Assembly (NCBI RefSeq): GCF_048593235.1 | Contig: NC_133621.1 | Coordinates: 299,965,146 to 300,029,145, forward strand | DNA: 64,000 nt | Reading direction: 5' to 3' | Origin: Sminthopsis crassicaudata | Lineage: Eukaryota | Shown here: one piece after another, positions 1 to 38,480 of the stretch | Position numbering within the stretch: the first letter of the stretch is position 1 | How the letters are laid out: each line of letters starts with the position of its first letter | Translations under genes and position numbers: made by a program | The notes under the pieces: model-generated | Told to the model about the DNA's origin: nothing | Databases searched by the model: none | What the model saw: the letters and a program-made list of their open reading frames with translations, nothing else

Positions 1-351
1 AAAATATAAATGAAATCTCTAATAACAAAAATCTTTTTAAAACCTCAAGCTCTTTTTGTTGTCATCAGCATTCTTGAGCAACTTCAGTTCATTCTTAGTT
101 TCAAGGTTCCAAACTCCGTTCTTGGGTGAAAGACCATTGTCACATTTTTGGGGTCAGTATGACACCTGCCTAGTTTCGTTGTCTGGACACGTCCACAAAA
201 GAAAACAAGTTCCCTGTATGTCCATATCATTCCTTTTTTTTTTTTTTTTTTTTTTTTAAAGAATTCTTTCTCCTCCCTCCCCCTTCTCATCTGAATATTT
301 TTCCTTTTTCTTGAGTTTCCTATCTCTCTTGGGATAATTTCCCTCATAGAT

Positions 352-510
352 TTTTTTTTTTTCCTGAAGCAATTGGGGTTAAGTGACTTGCCCAGAATCA
401 CACAGCTAAGAAGTGTTAAAAGTATATGATATATGAGGCCAGATTTGAACTGAGGTGTTCCTCCTGACTTCAGGGCTGGTGCTCTATTCACTGAGCCACC
501 TAGCTGCCCC
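352..510 (-). mobile_element. Marsupial CORE-SINE
   Basis: Reverse complement of ggggcagctaggtggctcagtgaatagagcaccagccctgaagtcaggagga...cacttaacccc plus A tail. Confidence 0.85.
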
Positions 511-1369
511 ATAGAATTTTAAGTCATAGGATCCTACCTGTACTTTCTGCGGACCAAGTGAAATGTATTTTCCCAAAATCTAGGGCCCACATCAGAGTAT
601 TCTTTTCTAGTTCTCTAAATCTCTAAAATGTCTAAAAATAGAGATCTCTTATCCACAAGGTTCCAATCTACTTCAACAGCTGGATTTGTAAATAATTTTA
701 AATTCATATTCTCACTTAATACTGTGTCATAATTATTATTTGCATTTTACCAATGCAGAAAATGAGGTTCCCCCAAAGCCAAGTGATCACCAGACCACAC
801 TGGTGAAGGAGAGATTTGATTCTAGAGCCGTTTTCCTTTGGCACAAGACTTCATTCCTTTTGGTTGGTAAGAATCTGATCCAGAACCACAGTTCCCTCTT
901 TTGCTTTCTTCCCCTTTTGAAGAATGAAATGATCATTGATATAAATTAAGAATTTACCAATCGATGTTTTTAGCAGAGAGAGATTCTACCAAACCAGATC
1001 AGAGATTCACTTCTTAAAATTCCATTTATCTTCTTTCCAGGAGTTGACAATCTATTCCTATCAAAATATTCCTTCTTTTCTTTCTCTATTACTCTTTACC
1101 CAAGTATTCTTTTATCATGTTTTCCCCTTTGGGCTCTGAGTTCCATTATATAAGTATAGTTTTCTCCTCCTCCTTTCTTCTTTCTCTTTCTTCTTCCTCC
1201 TTTTTCTTTCTTTTCCTTCTTCCTCTTCCTCCTCCTCTTTCTCCATTTTCTTCTTTTTTTTAGGTTTAAATGGCTTGCCCAGGATTGAACTCAGTTTCTC
1301 CTGAATCCAGGGCCACTGTTCTACTCACTGTGCCATCTAGATGCTCTAACATAGCTTTTTTTTTTTTTT

Positions 1370-1710
1370 TTAAACAATTTTCAATAGTATTTTATTTTCC
1401 CCAATACATGTAAAGATAGTTTTCAATATACATTTTTATAAGACTTTATATTTTAAATTTTTCTCCTTCCTTTCCTTACCTCTCCCCTCCCCAAGACAGT
1501 AAGATATCTGATATAGGTTAAATCTGTACAATTTTTAAAAACTTAATTCCATATTTGTCACTTTGTACAAGAAAAACCAAACCAAAAGAAAAAAAAACCA
1601 TAAGAAAGAAAAACAAAAAGGTAAAAATACTAAGCTTTAAATCATTTCACTCTATATAGTTTTCTCTCTGGATATAGATGACATTTTCCATCTCAAGTCT
1701 ATTTGAATAG
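1370..1710 (-). mobile_element. L1 3'UTR fragment, antisense
   Basis: T-rich start and ttctccttcctttccttacctctcccctcccc, the reverse complement of the marsupial L1 3' end. Confidence 0.65.
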
Positions 1711-4700
1711 CATAGCTTCTTCATATACAATACTACCCCACTGCCTTTTAAGATAGTCAATTCCTGTTAAAGAGGTATTGTCATTCACAATGTACTCTAG
1801 CCATGAGCATCCTTACTCCAAACCCCAGAGATCCTTAGGAAGCAAATTTTGCCTCTTTACTTTTAAGATTTCTAGGTCACCTTGTTTGTTACCCACACTC
1901 TGTGCCCTTTTGTATAGATGGACAGCTAAGGCTTGGTTTTATTGCTGGTTTGCTTCTTGGATGTCTTTTGTGATAACTGAGCTCTCCAGTTATTCTATGT
2001 CATCTCCATTACTTCCTACGATGTCTGCTTTGGCAGATTTATGTAGGGATTCTGCAGCCCTCACTTTTCATTTAGAAAGCTCTTTTAAGAAACCAAAACA
2101 GATCTGCAAGTTTCAGGCAAACAGAGCTTTATTAGCCCTTGTTAGGTATTCTCTCTCCTGGCTAAGAGCCTCTATTTTAAGGCACAGCCAATGATCTAAA
2201 TCTCCTTCCAGGATACACCATCTTCTTAACCAGTTGCTCAGTTTCGAAATCCGCCTCCCTTTCTGAATCCCCAACCTTCATTTGGCAGCAGTGAGGAAAC
2301 TACCACCTGTGTCCCTAAGGTAGGCCCCCCCGCCCCCCATGCCAGAACTGAATGCTTTCTAAGTCCCTCCATTTGTCCCGACATGCACCAGACAGGGATG
2401 GTATTCATCCAATGTAACAGGGCTCTGATCCCAGACCAGGCCTTCCCCATCCATCAATATTAAAGAGTCATCTTGGAATCCCACAGCAGGAAGCCACTAG
2501 CCTCTACTGGTCTTTTTCTTCTCCTTTCCTCTGATCCCCTTTTTCCTGATGCCATATAAAGGAACGTTCCTTAGTGCCAAAGAAGCTGTTTCCTTCTAAA
2601 AGAGACTGACTCCCTCACTCCCCTCAACTGTTATTGCTGTTCAGTCATGTCTAACTCTTGGTGACCCCGTTTGGGGTTTTCCTGGCAAAGATACTGGAGT
2701 ATCTTTTCCTTCTCTAGCTCATTTTACAGGTAAGGAAACAAACAGGGCTAAGTGACTTGCCCAGGGTCATGGAGATAGGAAGTGTCCGAGGCTGAATTTG
2801 AATTCAGGACTTCCTGAGTCCAGCCTTCAATTTTATTATTTTATATATAAATATAATTTATATTTTATATTATATTTTATATATTTATATGACATCTTAA
2901 ATAATATAAAATATATATTATTTTATAAATATAATTTAATAATAAAATATATAAATAAAATAAATATTTATTATGCTCCATTTATTCATTATCTGGTGTT
3001 TTCCTTTTCTCTCTGGGTTATATTCCTACGTCCTCCAACTTCCACGTACAAGTTAGGATTTTCTTCTTTATAACCTGAAACACGTCCCCCATTCTTTTAA
3101 GGAATCCATCGCCATCTTAGACAATCTCCGTATTATGAACCTGGAGTTTGCAGAAGCATTTTCCCAGCTTTTAACTGCACAGGTGACCAATCCATACACA
3201 GTAGTGGTAAATTGGTGATGGGAAACACAAACACAACAGACGCTCTGCTGTTGCGAAGAACCCTTCTGGCCCTTCCACTCTGCTACTAGTGAGACTGTCA
3301 TGTTCCTCAGCTCTCTGTCCTATGTTTACCTGTTGGGAAACTCAGGAAGTGAGGGTGCCTCTAGAAGGTCAAACTAGGCCATCTTTTGCATCAGTTCTTA
3401 TCTAATCACTGAATGGGTATTGCTCCAGACAACTGAGATCTGGAAAAGACCTTAGCTTAAAAAGGTCGGGTCTCCTTCCATTGCATCCAGGGCCATTTTT
3501 AGTCCTCCTGATCTCTATCTGGCCACTGGACTCAGATGGCTCAGGAGGGGAAAGTGAGGCAGGTGACCTCGCAGAGCCCTCCCTCACTTGCTGATGTCAT
3601 CGGTCTTCTTCCAGAAGGAAGGACAAACAATATCTACTTATAGGAGCCTTTTCTCAGGAGATGCCATGACTTTGCTCAGTTTCTTTATGAATTAGTCCTG
3701 CCCTGCCAAAGCCTCAATGCAAAGAGAGATTCCATTTGCCTTTGTCTTCGAGGGGTTCTCAAGAAAAATCCAATTACTGGCTGTTGGGCCACTCAAATCC
3801 CTCCCACTCAAGTCTAATGATATGTTCTTCTTGGAGAATGGGGTATCCTGGATGGTCTCTAACTTTCCCACCAGCTCTAAGATTGCATGATTCTAAAATT
3901 TCTTTTCTGCTCTTTAAAACACATTTAAATTTCAGGATTGTTTGGTTTTCCACATCCTTATCTCTAAATTAAAGCAGGGCTTGAAAGCCTCTGGGGCTCT
4001 TCTAGCTCTAGGACCTACCTGGAATTCAGTTTCCTTATCTGTAAAATGAGATTGGAGTCCCAGGCCTCCTTCCAGCTCTAGATCTAGGACCCTGTAGACT
4101 CTCTGGGCCTCAGTTTCCTTATCTGTAAAACTGGAGGTTAGGCTTGATGGCCAGTAAGGTCCAAGTCTAGGATAAGAGTTTTTATTTTATCTGCCCCATG
4201 GCTTACATGTCCTAGACATTCAATATTTGTGTCCCCTGGAAACAAGGGGACTGAATGCTGGATCGTGAAATTGTGATCATCAGTAAATATTTGATTTCCC
4301 TACTATTTTATATAGCTACATTCCCAGGATCAGGTGAAAAGGGATTGCAAAAGTGGGAAAAGTTTAAGAAGCCCTATTATAGATCCTTCCATTTCCAGCC
4401 CGTCCAGACTGCTTTTTTTTTGGCTGGACACACACACTGAGCTTTCTCTCTTGTTCTCTCTTTTCCTTTGCGTTAGTTCTCCTTCCTGGTGTTTGGAGCG
4501 CACTTTTTCTCCCCTGCAGCTTTTAGCATCCTTTGGGCCTTTAAACCTCCGTTCAAACACTACCTTAGAGTTAAGCCTTTCTATGAAGCTCCTCCCCCTC
4601 CCCCCTTGCCAAGTCTGCCAGCCTCAGTTTTCCCCATCTGTAAAATGGAGGTGCAACACCTAGCCCATGGGGTCGTTGTAGGGATCAAGTGAGACGAGCC

Positions 4701-4949
4701 AAGTAAAGCACTTTGCCACCTTATATAAAGACTAGCTGTCCTTTATACGCCTTTTAGCCCTTTTTAAAAAATTAAACTATTGGGTTTTTTTTGTTTCTTT
4801 GTTTTTTTAGAAAACCAAGTTCCATTTATTTTCCCCGGAATTTTTCAGTTTTCTGACGGCAAAACGGGGTCACTAAAGCACTTACCCACGGCTGGCGGTA
4901 AGGATCAGGTAAGACGAGATACATAAAAAGGCTTTGCCCTAAGAATCCC

Positions 4950-5620
4950 CCGCCTTACGTAGCGGGGGAGGGGCGGCTGCTGAGGCGGCCTTCGGCCGGG
5001 CCGCGGACACTGAGCGGCCGCCGGAGCCTCCGCCCACCCGTCGGCGCAACTATTACACGCATGTCCCTTTGGGGCTCAGCCGAGGGGCCCCATCCCCGCT
5101 GGGACCACTACTGAATAAACAGGATAACAGCCATAAAAGCGCGTTTTGTTGGTCGCGCTTTCGGGCTGGCTCGGCGCTTTGCAGGCGTCAGGGGAACTCC
5201 TCAACCCATTTTACATTAGCGGTACACTGAGGCTAGCCGTGTCCAGGCACGGCGCCCCCTGGCGACCGCCCCGGGACCGAGCGGGCCCCTCCCCCCACCC
5301 TTCCCAGGCCCCGGTTTTTCACCTCAGCCCTTTCCCGCCTCACCCCGCCCCACTCCGCCCTGCCTCAGTTTTCCAGTCCGCGCTCGAGGCTCCTGCATCT
5401 GCGCCCCCTCCCCGGACGCCCGGACCCCACCCCCCAGACCCCAGGCCCACCCCAAGCCGCAGAGGCGCCCCCAGAGTGCGCGCGAGGCCGAACTGCAGCT
5501 ACCACAAGAAGGAGGGGTGGGGCTGGAAGAGGGGCGGGGCCAACGAGGGCGTGCGGGGAAGAGGCGGGGCGAGCAGAGGCACGCCCTAGGAGGGAGGGGC
5601 CTGAGGGCTGAAGGCGGGGC
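4950..5620. promoter_or_regulatory. CpG-island promoter with GC boxes; probably the 5' end of DMC1 (minus strand), by synteny only
   Basis: Dense CpG and repeated GGGGCGGGG in a CpG-poor background; candidate minus-strand donor ctac|GTAAGG at ~4958. DMC1 lies 3' of FAM227A on the same strand in human (recalled); no DMC1 coding exon seen here. Confidence 0.5.
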
Positions 5621-8134
5621 TGAGGGGTGTGCCCAAATAGGGGGTGCTGAGCAGTATGAGACCCCCAGCTGTGGGGTCTCCAGCAGCCTCACCTCCCCAT
5701 GCCCTGTCAGAAATCCCAGTCACGTCCCGGAGGATAAATGTTCCCTATAAAATCTCCCTGTGGGCTCCCATGCTGCTGCCCTTCTGGGTCCCGTCCCCTC
5801 CAGCGCCCCATACCACGTGACGTCTCCCCTAACTTCCGTGCTTCCCCCACTTCTCCCCCTACGCTAGCTCTTTGGGGGGCCGGTCCCTTCCGGGCCATGC
5901 CGGCTAAGGGCAGGCCCCGAGCTCGTGGGGGCGCCCTTTCTCCTGGCGGTGGCGAGTTCCACCCCGACGGTGTCTTTCATATGCTCTCCCTCTCCATTTT
6001 GTGCTTCCCCTCCCTATGGCACCCTTCCTTTTGTCCGTATTCTATTCCTCTAATAAGATCTCCCTTAATAATAATAAGTCTGCTTTTGCCAAAGAGAATG
6101 GCCATTGTGGATTCCCCACATGACTGAACTCATCAGCTGGCGTCTACATCACACACATTTTGGTGGCCAGCCCACTAAATTGGGGGTACAGAATGTGCCA
6201 GAGTGGGGGTGTGGGAGGAAGGGCAGGGGTTTTGGAGAGGGGACCATCATTACTAGAGAATCCCCCATCTCTCCCAGGGAGCTGATTCACCTCAAAGTTG
6301 GCCTGCCCCCCTTCAAACCGGATCTAAAGGGTCAAAAAAGCACAAAGGGTTTTGGGCGCGGCTTTCTTGCCATCTCTACGGTGACCACCCCAACCACCAG
6401 GGGGCTCTTGTTAGCAGCGTCCTACTTTGACCGGGGGCACCGCCAGGGATGATCATGGGGGAGCCACCCTTTCTCTTCAGGGTTTGAGTGAGTCTGGTGG
6501 AATAAATGATGGAAACCCCCACAACAGCACCTGTTATTTCACAAGTAATTTTATTCTGGAAGAATGCTCAAAATGCCAGCCAATGGCTTCCAGTGTGATT
6601 CAAAAGATGTTCCGCTCCCAAACCATAGTATATTGTGTTAAAAGGCCAATGACGTCTGTTCCATGAGGAAATGACCTGTGTCCACATATGACTGGATTTA
6701 CACAAAGCATGAAGTAAGAGTTACTTTCACCTAGGACCTCTCACATGAAATAATTACGGTCAGTTCTGACCATTATCACATAGGATAAAGCGACAATGTT
6801 CGAGAGAGTGGAACTAAAGACAATCTCTGAAAAATACAGCACTTGAGACTGGAGTTTCACCTCCCCCTTGACCTTCCCTTAAAAACCCTACTGTGTGTCT
6901 GCAGTGACATCCCATCCCTCGACCCCTCAATTCTATCCTTTCTCCCCATCTTAACCCCTGGGTGAACCAATTCAACTCTCCCCAGTCCTTTTTTGGAGGA
7001 CTGATGATTGCATCCTGCTGAGCCTCAGCCTTGAATCCGCCTCCCTATTCCTCACCTCTGCTCTTTCTCATTTGCTGCTGAACAAATATGGAGGAAATCA
7101 CAGTGCCATTCTGACAGGATCCATTACCCGGGCCTTCACTGCTGTGCTACTCTTCCTCCTTCATCAGTTCACTTCAGGTCATCCCTCCACAGGCTCCCCT
7201 TGAGGTATTTGTATGAGCTCCCTTTGGGCCCCACTGCATTTCCTGTCACTTCACTCTCCCCTCTTTTATCCCTCTCTCACATGGCCATGGCTTAACTCCC
7301 CACCATCCAGTCTCCTCTAACAGATTTCTCCCTCTATCACTTCAGTCCTGAAAGTCACAGAAACACCGGACAAACCTCCACAATGTCACCCAAAGCCCAG
7401 ATCCCCCTCCCCAAGAGCTCTAGTTTCCCAGGAATCCAGGTGTGCAGTTCTGAAAATAGGCCTCAAAGGGCATATGGTATCGTTCTATGGTTTGTTGTCT
7501 CACCTAAAGCTAATTTAGGATCTCCACAAAATCCTTATTAATGGCCTATGTCTGGAGCAACTGTACGATCTGTCTAAGCAGCTCACAGTGACATCCTGGA
7601 GGGACAACAAAGTCCAGTTCTCTTGGGTCTCTGTGATACAGATTTAGTCCTCCAAATGTTTGATAGTCCCCTTCCTTTTCAATACCGCACCCTGCTGTGT
7701 AATCTCCCTTTGGAAGATTGGTTCCTGGCTCAAACTCAAATACCCTGGAAGTAACCCCTAAGACTGGAAACACCATGTCTCATTAATATCAATAGACTCA
7801 GTAAAATATAAAATACACAGAAGAAACAACTTATCAACGAGAGACACAAACAGGGCAATTTTGCTACTGCTTTGTTAAATTTAATACACATTAAAAAAAA
7901 CCTAAATTGCATTTAGCTTAAGTTCACAGTTTCATATATAATCCTGTTTTTGTTTCATGTATTTGTTGATTTAATTCACAATGAAAAAATGTTTTTAAAA
8001 TTCATGATAAAAAAATTTGTCTAACATGCATGAAACCCAAGAAATCCTGCTTTTGCTCTACTGCCTGAAACCCTAAGACTTGAGGAATATGTGGCTCCTG
8101 GGAGACAAAACACCCCTCCTGGTTTTCTTTACAT

Positions 8135-8389
8135 TACCTTCATACTGTTTTTCTTTTACTTAATTTGGCACATTATTGTTTTCTAAGTGCTCAGGGGGAA
8201 CTGGTTGCCCGTGATCTCTCAATCATCTTATAGTATGATGATTTAAAATCACACAAAATCTACCTTCATATTGTTTTTTACTTAATTTGGCACATTTCTT
8301 ATTGTTTTCTAAGTGCTCAGGGGCAACTGGTTTACCCATGATCTCTCAACCATCTTATAGTATGATGATTTAAAAATCACAAACAAAAT
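8135..8389 (+). repeat. ~126-bp tandem duplication (2 units)
   Basis: taccttcata...gtatgatgatttaaaatcac occurs at 8135-8260 and 8261-8389, with a few substitutions and indels. Confidence 0.9.
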
Positions 8390-8799
8390 CAATGCAAGTG
8401 GAATGAGAAGAAAAGATATGGATGGGGTAGGGGGAGGAAAACATCATTGATAAAAAGTCTAACAATAAAAACTTATAGGGAATTAACCCAATCTACGTGA
8501 TTAAAAGTTGTTCCCTGAGAGACAAGTTGTTAAAGAAGGTGAACAGTTTTCAAAAGAAAAAGTGCCCCAAATATTAAATGGTTGAATAAATGTTCATATT
8601 TACAAATAATAATAGAAATGCAAATTAAAAGAAGAGATTATTACCCCATGCCCATCAAAATGTCAAAGAAGGTGAAAGATGGGGAAAATTTTATCTTGGA
8701 GGGGCTGTGAGGAAGATAACCATTTTAAGTTGTATTAAAGTCATGAATTGGTCCAACCTTCTGGAAAATACTTGAGAATCATTCATGAATATTTGACTC

Positions 8800-10200
8800 A
8801 ATAAGCATTTATTGAAGGTCTTCTATATATATGTAAGGCATTTTACAAGGCTGAGGGTTTAAAGACAAAAACAAGCCCTTGTCCGTGGGGAGTTCACCTT
8901 CTACTAGATACAAATCACACAAATAAGGATGGTTTAAGAAAAGATGAGGAGGGAGGGAGAAGGGATTGGGGAAGGTTCCTCCTAGTAGGTGACACTGGCA
9001 TTAAGCTTTAAGGGAAGATAAGTATTTTGAGAAAGCAGAGAGGGGAGCAGAAGTCCAAGGACTGGGGGCAGTTCTGGCAGTTCATCCCCAGCAGTGGGAT
9101 GTAGAATATTAAATGTAGAAAATGGTAAACCATCCAATTTAGGTGAAACATAAGGAGCTGTGTGGAATAAGGCTAGAAAGGGGAATGCCTGTTAGGTAGC
9201 ATAAGACCATAATGCCATACCCAAGAGTCCGTATTTGGTCACAGAGCAGGGCTTTTGAGCAGTGGAGTGACCAGTCATCCCTGTCCTTTAGGAAGATGAT
9301 TTTGACAGTTGAACAAAGGATGAGCTAGTGAGGGGAGAGAGCCTGTAAGAAAGGACACAACAATAATCCAGGGGAGAGAAGTGAAGGGCCAGAGGAGGCA
9401 ATGAGCAGCCTAGAAGTCTGGCAGTGCCAGGGAGGTGCCATGCAGGACACCAGCTTGAGAAGAGAAGACACTTGTGAGGATGAGCTCCTTCCTGGAGAAG
9501 ATGGGTTTGAGACCAAGGACCCAAGTCCTTGGATGGCTTTTGGCTGCAAAGACCGTGACTTCCTCATATGAGTGGAGAGGTGCAGAGTAAGAAAAAAAGG
9601 GTTCACAGCAGCTGGCTTCTACTCCCCCCATGTAGCAAGAGTTGAGGACATCTGTAGAGACAAGAGCTGGAAGCAGCTTGGGAGCTTGCTTGAGGATTGC
9701 AGAGGGGAGTTTGGGAGAGAGTCGATTAAGGAAATGTTATGTTTTTCTGTGTAACAATAAGGACCAATTAAGACTGGATAGCATGAATTTGTTCTGGATC
9801 TGGCAAGATTGGGGTGTCTCCCTCTGGTGATGTTCAGCAGGTCAAGATGGTGGATATTGGGAGTGGATGAAGAACATTGCTAATGGTAGCAGGAAAATGA
9901 GGCAAGGGATAGTTGTTGGTCAGCTATAGGGTCAAGACTCCGAAGACAGGGAAAGGAGCCAGGAGACTTTGAGAACAAGGGTGGAAACACTGGAGTTTGC
10001 AACGAGGATGAAGAAAGATTTAGAAAGAGGCAGAGGGGAGAGACGGAAGAATGGTCATGTGTAATGAGGGAATTTCAGAGATGAGAATTACATGGTGATA
10101 GTTCTGGAGGAAGGCACTCGTCCCTGGGATAGCTGAAGGCGAGAAAAGCTGTGGGGGAGGGAAGCACAGGCCTGTGAAAGCAATAGCAGTGTTCATATTA
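8800..10200 (-). mobile_element. Ancient L2 LINE fragments
   Basis: Purine-rich antisense L2-like motifs (gaatatttgactcaataagcatttattg; gagcagtggagtgac; ataatccagggga). Confidence 0.55.
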
Positions 10201-11334
10201 TTGGATGTAGAGATGCTACTATGAAGTGAATATCCTAAGAAATTAAATGTAACTAGGAAAGACCCCTATGTTAAAAACTGATCGTTATTTGTCATAACAG
10301 AACATGCCCCATAACGAGGGACGATGGAACAAAGTACACTCTGGAATGTCGGGGATCTTTACACTTTCAAGAACACAAAAAAGAAGAAATCAGAAGAATT
10401 CCCACTCCAGGATGGAAAAAGCCAAGAAAGCCACAAAGTACAATGACTACATTAAGGCAAATAAGGGCAGTTCTCACTGCTAAACTTCAAGTTAGAGTAG
10501 ACACATAAACTTTTCCTTTCTGTTTCCCGGACATCCCACAGACTGACGGGGCAGTCACTTGAGTCGCAGTGGTTTTAGATCGCTGCTGAATGGTGTCTGG
10601 CCATCAAAAGAAAACCTATCGGATTTTTTAAAAAGAATAAGTTGGAAAGGATGGAGGTCATCCTCCAGAAGGTCTGAACAAAGGGGTGAATGTTAAATAA
10701 GCCTGGGAGGCCAAATCAACAGAGCATGGTTGGATAAAAGCCAAGGTGCTTGGGAATGTGGCGCATCTCTCCATAGAAATTGGGACTTTTGAAAAGGAGC
10801 AGATGGGCCGAGAAAGAAGATATGTTTTCTTTTGAATCTATTGAATTTTAAATCAAACCCTTCAACTTGGGGTCTGAGCTCAGCATCTCAAAACACACTT
10901 GAGTAGGGCTGACTCACTCTCATGTGGGATTCTTCCCAAGTTCATTAAGGCTCCGCCCTCCACCCCACACTCAGCCCCTGGGGGTCTCTGTTTGTCACCT
11001 CCCCCAAGGCCCCGGATGTGTCCTGTGTAATGTTTAATGTGCCTTCGGAGGTCCGAGTGTAGGCCACGCCAAGAGGAACAGGGAGCAGCCATGCCTTAGC
11101 CAGCTCTGACTCCCCTCCCCAGGCCAGGAACACTGGGGCAGCCCCAGAAAGGCCTGTGGTCACTGGTGCTGGCCCAGCCCACCCGGCCCAGGGTAGCAGA
11201 GTGCAGGCATTTAATGTGCTTAAGCAACTCTGAAGGCTCGGTAACTTCTAACTCATTATCTTAGGCCAAACTCTGTTTTCAGCGGACGCAGCTCTGCCCT
11301 GGATATCATCCACTTAAAGATTCTTCCAAATTGA

Positions 11335-35473
<24,139 letters not shown>

Positions 35474-37499
35474 CTTCGATCCTGCACATCAGGCACAAAA
35501 TCTCCATGAGGATGGAACAGCCAGAGAGAGAGCCCCACCCCTACCCGCCGACTGACGGGAGGCACAGGTAAGGTGGGCCACCCGGGGCAAGCAGAGGGTG
35601 GGAAAGAGCCCCCGAGCAGGGCTCTGGGCCCGCATGCCACTCCTGGTGCAGTCTGGAGGCCTGGGTTCAAGGCCTCTCCCGAGCAGAGATGCTCCCCTGC
35701 CCAGGGGCAGCCCTGAGAAATCATCGCCGGCCTCGGCAGCTCAGGCGCCTCCTCCGCGCGATCGTGGGAGGGGCCCCAGCCTGGCCGGGGGGTGGCCAGC
35801 CTCACATCGGACTGACCTGGCAATGGGCGTCCTGCCTCAGGCCGGGGGCAGCTGTGGGGTGTCGAGGTACTGCAGCTTCATGCACAGGGGATCCACGGGG
35901 ACTCGCTCGGGAGAGCCCAGCACGAGGTGCTGTTTGCTCCTCCACCTGGGAAAAGAGCCAGGAGGCACAGACTTGCGGCCCAGAGCCGACTTGGCGGCCC
36001 TAGGCAAGCCCCATTTGGCCCTGAGCCTCTGTTTTCTAATCTGTATAATGGGAACGTAAGGCCAGAAGATCTCTAAGATTCCTTCAAGTTCAGAGAATCT
36101 GAAAAAGGTGACAGGTGACAAGCAGCAAGACATGAGAGCGATTACTTGTCTTCTCCCCAGCCCCCTGCCTCTGACCCAGTGAGGCTTCCTTTGCAGAAAA
36201 CAATTGGATATCGTCAGAAGATCTGAATTCCCTGCTAGGCTATTTATCACTGCGGGACCCGGGAGAAATTACATCAGCTCCGACAGCTTTACTTTCCTCA
36301 TCTGTGAAATGGAGCAGTTGGAACATCGGGGACGGTCTACCTGGGGAAGCCTGTGCAGCCCTTCTCAGAATCATGCAGAGGAGCAGAACCCAATGGCCAG
36401 CGGACCCAAGATGTAAATGTTCTCCCACCCAAGTTCCCCAGCACCCGGGGGATCAGCCCGCTGGTCCAGACGGGCAGTCTGCTCGCCCTTCTCAGGCCGG
36501 GAGCGGCTACCCGTCCATTGGCCAGCTGCAGACCGCCCCAAGGGACCGCTCGTTACGAGATGCCCCGGCCCGATCACAGCACCTCCCCTCGTTTTCTGAT
36601 TTTTGTCTCAGGCAAAGACCTGAGAACGAGGAGGGAGGGATGGTACTGAAACACAGCAGCACAAATTAAAAATCGACAATCCCACAGAACCACTCCTATG
36701 CTTATATGAAAATAAAACAAGGCGATTTAAGAAAAGTGTGCGCGTCAGGACGCCGTGGCTTCATCTCCCAGGACCAGCAGATGGGGCCGTGCTCTTTCGA
36801 CCGCTCCGCATCACTCATCCCGGTCACTTGGGATGCTTCCTGATGGCGGCGAGAGGGCCCAATTCTGCAGCGGGCAGCAGCGCACCGCCGGCTGCCCGGG
36901 AACCGACTTGTTCCGTCTGGGCTCAGGCAACATGGAAGCCTATCCCTGTGACTCTCCTGTATGTATTCATTCATTCTACGGGCAGACCTACTATGCGCTG
37001 ATTCAGCACAACCCCTAGGAATACAGACATGCAAACAAGCATGGGCTTCCCCTAGAGTGGCACTGAGCAGTCCTTCTGCCCTAGCCTGCAGGGTGGGGGT
37101 TGTTACATCCCGAGGGGTCAATCAGTGCAGGAAGGGGATCCTGGCTGACACAAAGAGGAAAACACCTGCAGTGTTCTGGCCAGACTGGTATACAGTGGGG
37201 GCATAATAAATACCCATTGCCATGCCCTTCTCCCCCACAATCTCTAGTACCCCAAGCCGGACTGACCACTCCTGGGCACGGATTCTCACTTAACCTCCCG
37301 CCTTTATGCACCTTCAAACCCCAGGCAACTAACACTGAGTAAGCACCTACTGTGTGCAGGGTAAGGGGCTGAGGCTGGAGACGAAGCCCCGCCCACATCA
37401 CTGCCTATTGGTCAGTGAGTCCTTATAAAGGGCCTACTCTGAGCTCCTCTCCGGGGAGAATAAGCATGTATTGAGGGCCTACTGAGTGTCCAGCACCTT

Positions 37500-38480
37500 G
37501 GGTGCCCACAGCGGAAGGCCACAGAGGATGAGGATTTGAATTCACTTCCTCCTGAGGGCTCCGCGCCACCGAGATGGCGGATATAACACGTGTAGCCATG
37601 GCGTTCTCGCCATGGGGGCGAAGGCTCGGAGGCAGGAGACGGAGCGGCTGAGGTTGGGCCTGGACCCAGCCCAGATTACTAAGCTCCCCAGGCCGCAGGT
37701 CCACGCGCCATAAAATGGAGGGAAAGAAGTCCGGGAGGGGAGATGATCGTAAAGCGCGGCGCTGTCGTGAAAGGCGGGGAGCGCGTGCCGTTACCTAAGC
37801 GGGGCGGCTCCCTGCCTTAAGCCACTCACGCCGGGGATCCCTCGGGTGTGTTGCGGGACCAGCTCCGCACGACCCACCGAGCGTCCCCTTCAACACCCAG
37901 AAGGACGCCCTGGGGTCGAGAGATGGGCCCCATAGCGGTGGGGCCGCCGGGACGGACGTCCATCGTGCCTCCGGCCTACTATGCGTTCTTACGTTCCAAG
38001 GCGACCCCCGTAGTGCGCCCGTGCACGCGGCTCCCGGGAGCCTCGCAATTCCCCAAGGAAAGCAGCATTCCTTCGTGTGTGCACGCACGTGCGTGCGAAG
38101 CCAGTCTTGGAACGCCGCGACGCCGTTACTATGGCGATCTCAGGGGCGGACCTTGGGGAGCGACTATTGTTGGTATGGGGACGAGCCCAATGGGCGTAGG
38201 GGGCAAGAGGGGAACAGATGACATTTTCGCGTTTCCTTGTTTATATCGGGGAACTTATCCGAGCTGACCTTCTAGTTATGTTCTCTTATTAGAGGAATCC
38301 GAAGGCAGTTCGAGCGTGTACGGCGTCTCTCCGACAAACTTTCACCTCTCCAGCAATCTGCCCTTCCCCCCTGCTTCCAGAAAGTGGTAGAACCCGAGGC
38401 GGTGGCGCGCAAGCGCGGTCGGTGGGCCGGCGGTCTGCTGGATTTGGGCCCCAAAGGGCTCCGGCAGAACATCACAGGTA
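37500..38480. promoter_or_regulatory. FAM227A/CBY1 bidirectional CpG-island promoter, copy A, including CBY1 non-coding exon 1 (donor cag|GTAAGT after 38477)
   Basis: CpG-rich, lies between divergent genes; CCAAT and GC elements; degenerate X-box GTTACTATGGCGAT at 38125-38138; minus-strand donor tag|GTAACG near 37793. Confidence 0.8.

Noticed and set aside
1-4950. DMC1 coding exons
   Set aside because: No match to the recalled N-terminus (MKEDQVV...EESLFQDIDLLQKHGI) found on the minus strand; coding exons probably lie left of the window.
7546-7776. 76-aa ORF MVFPVLGVTSRVFEFEPGTNLPKGDY...
   Set aside because: Short, no recognisable family, no supporting exon structure.
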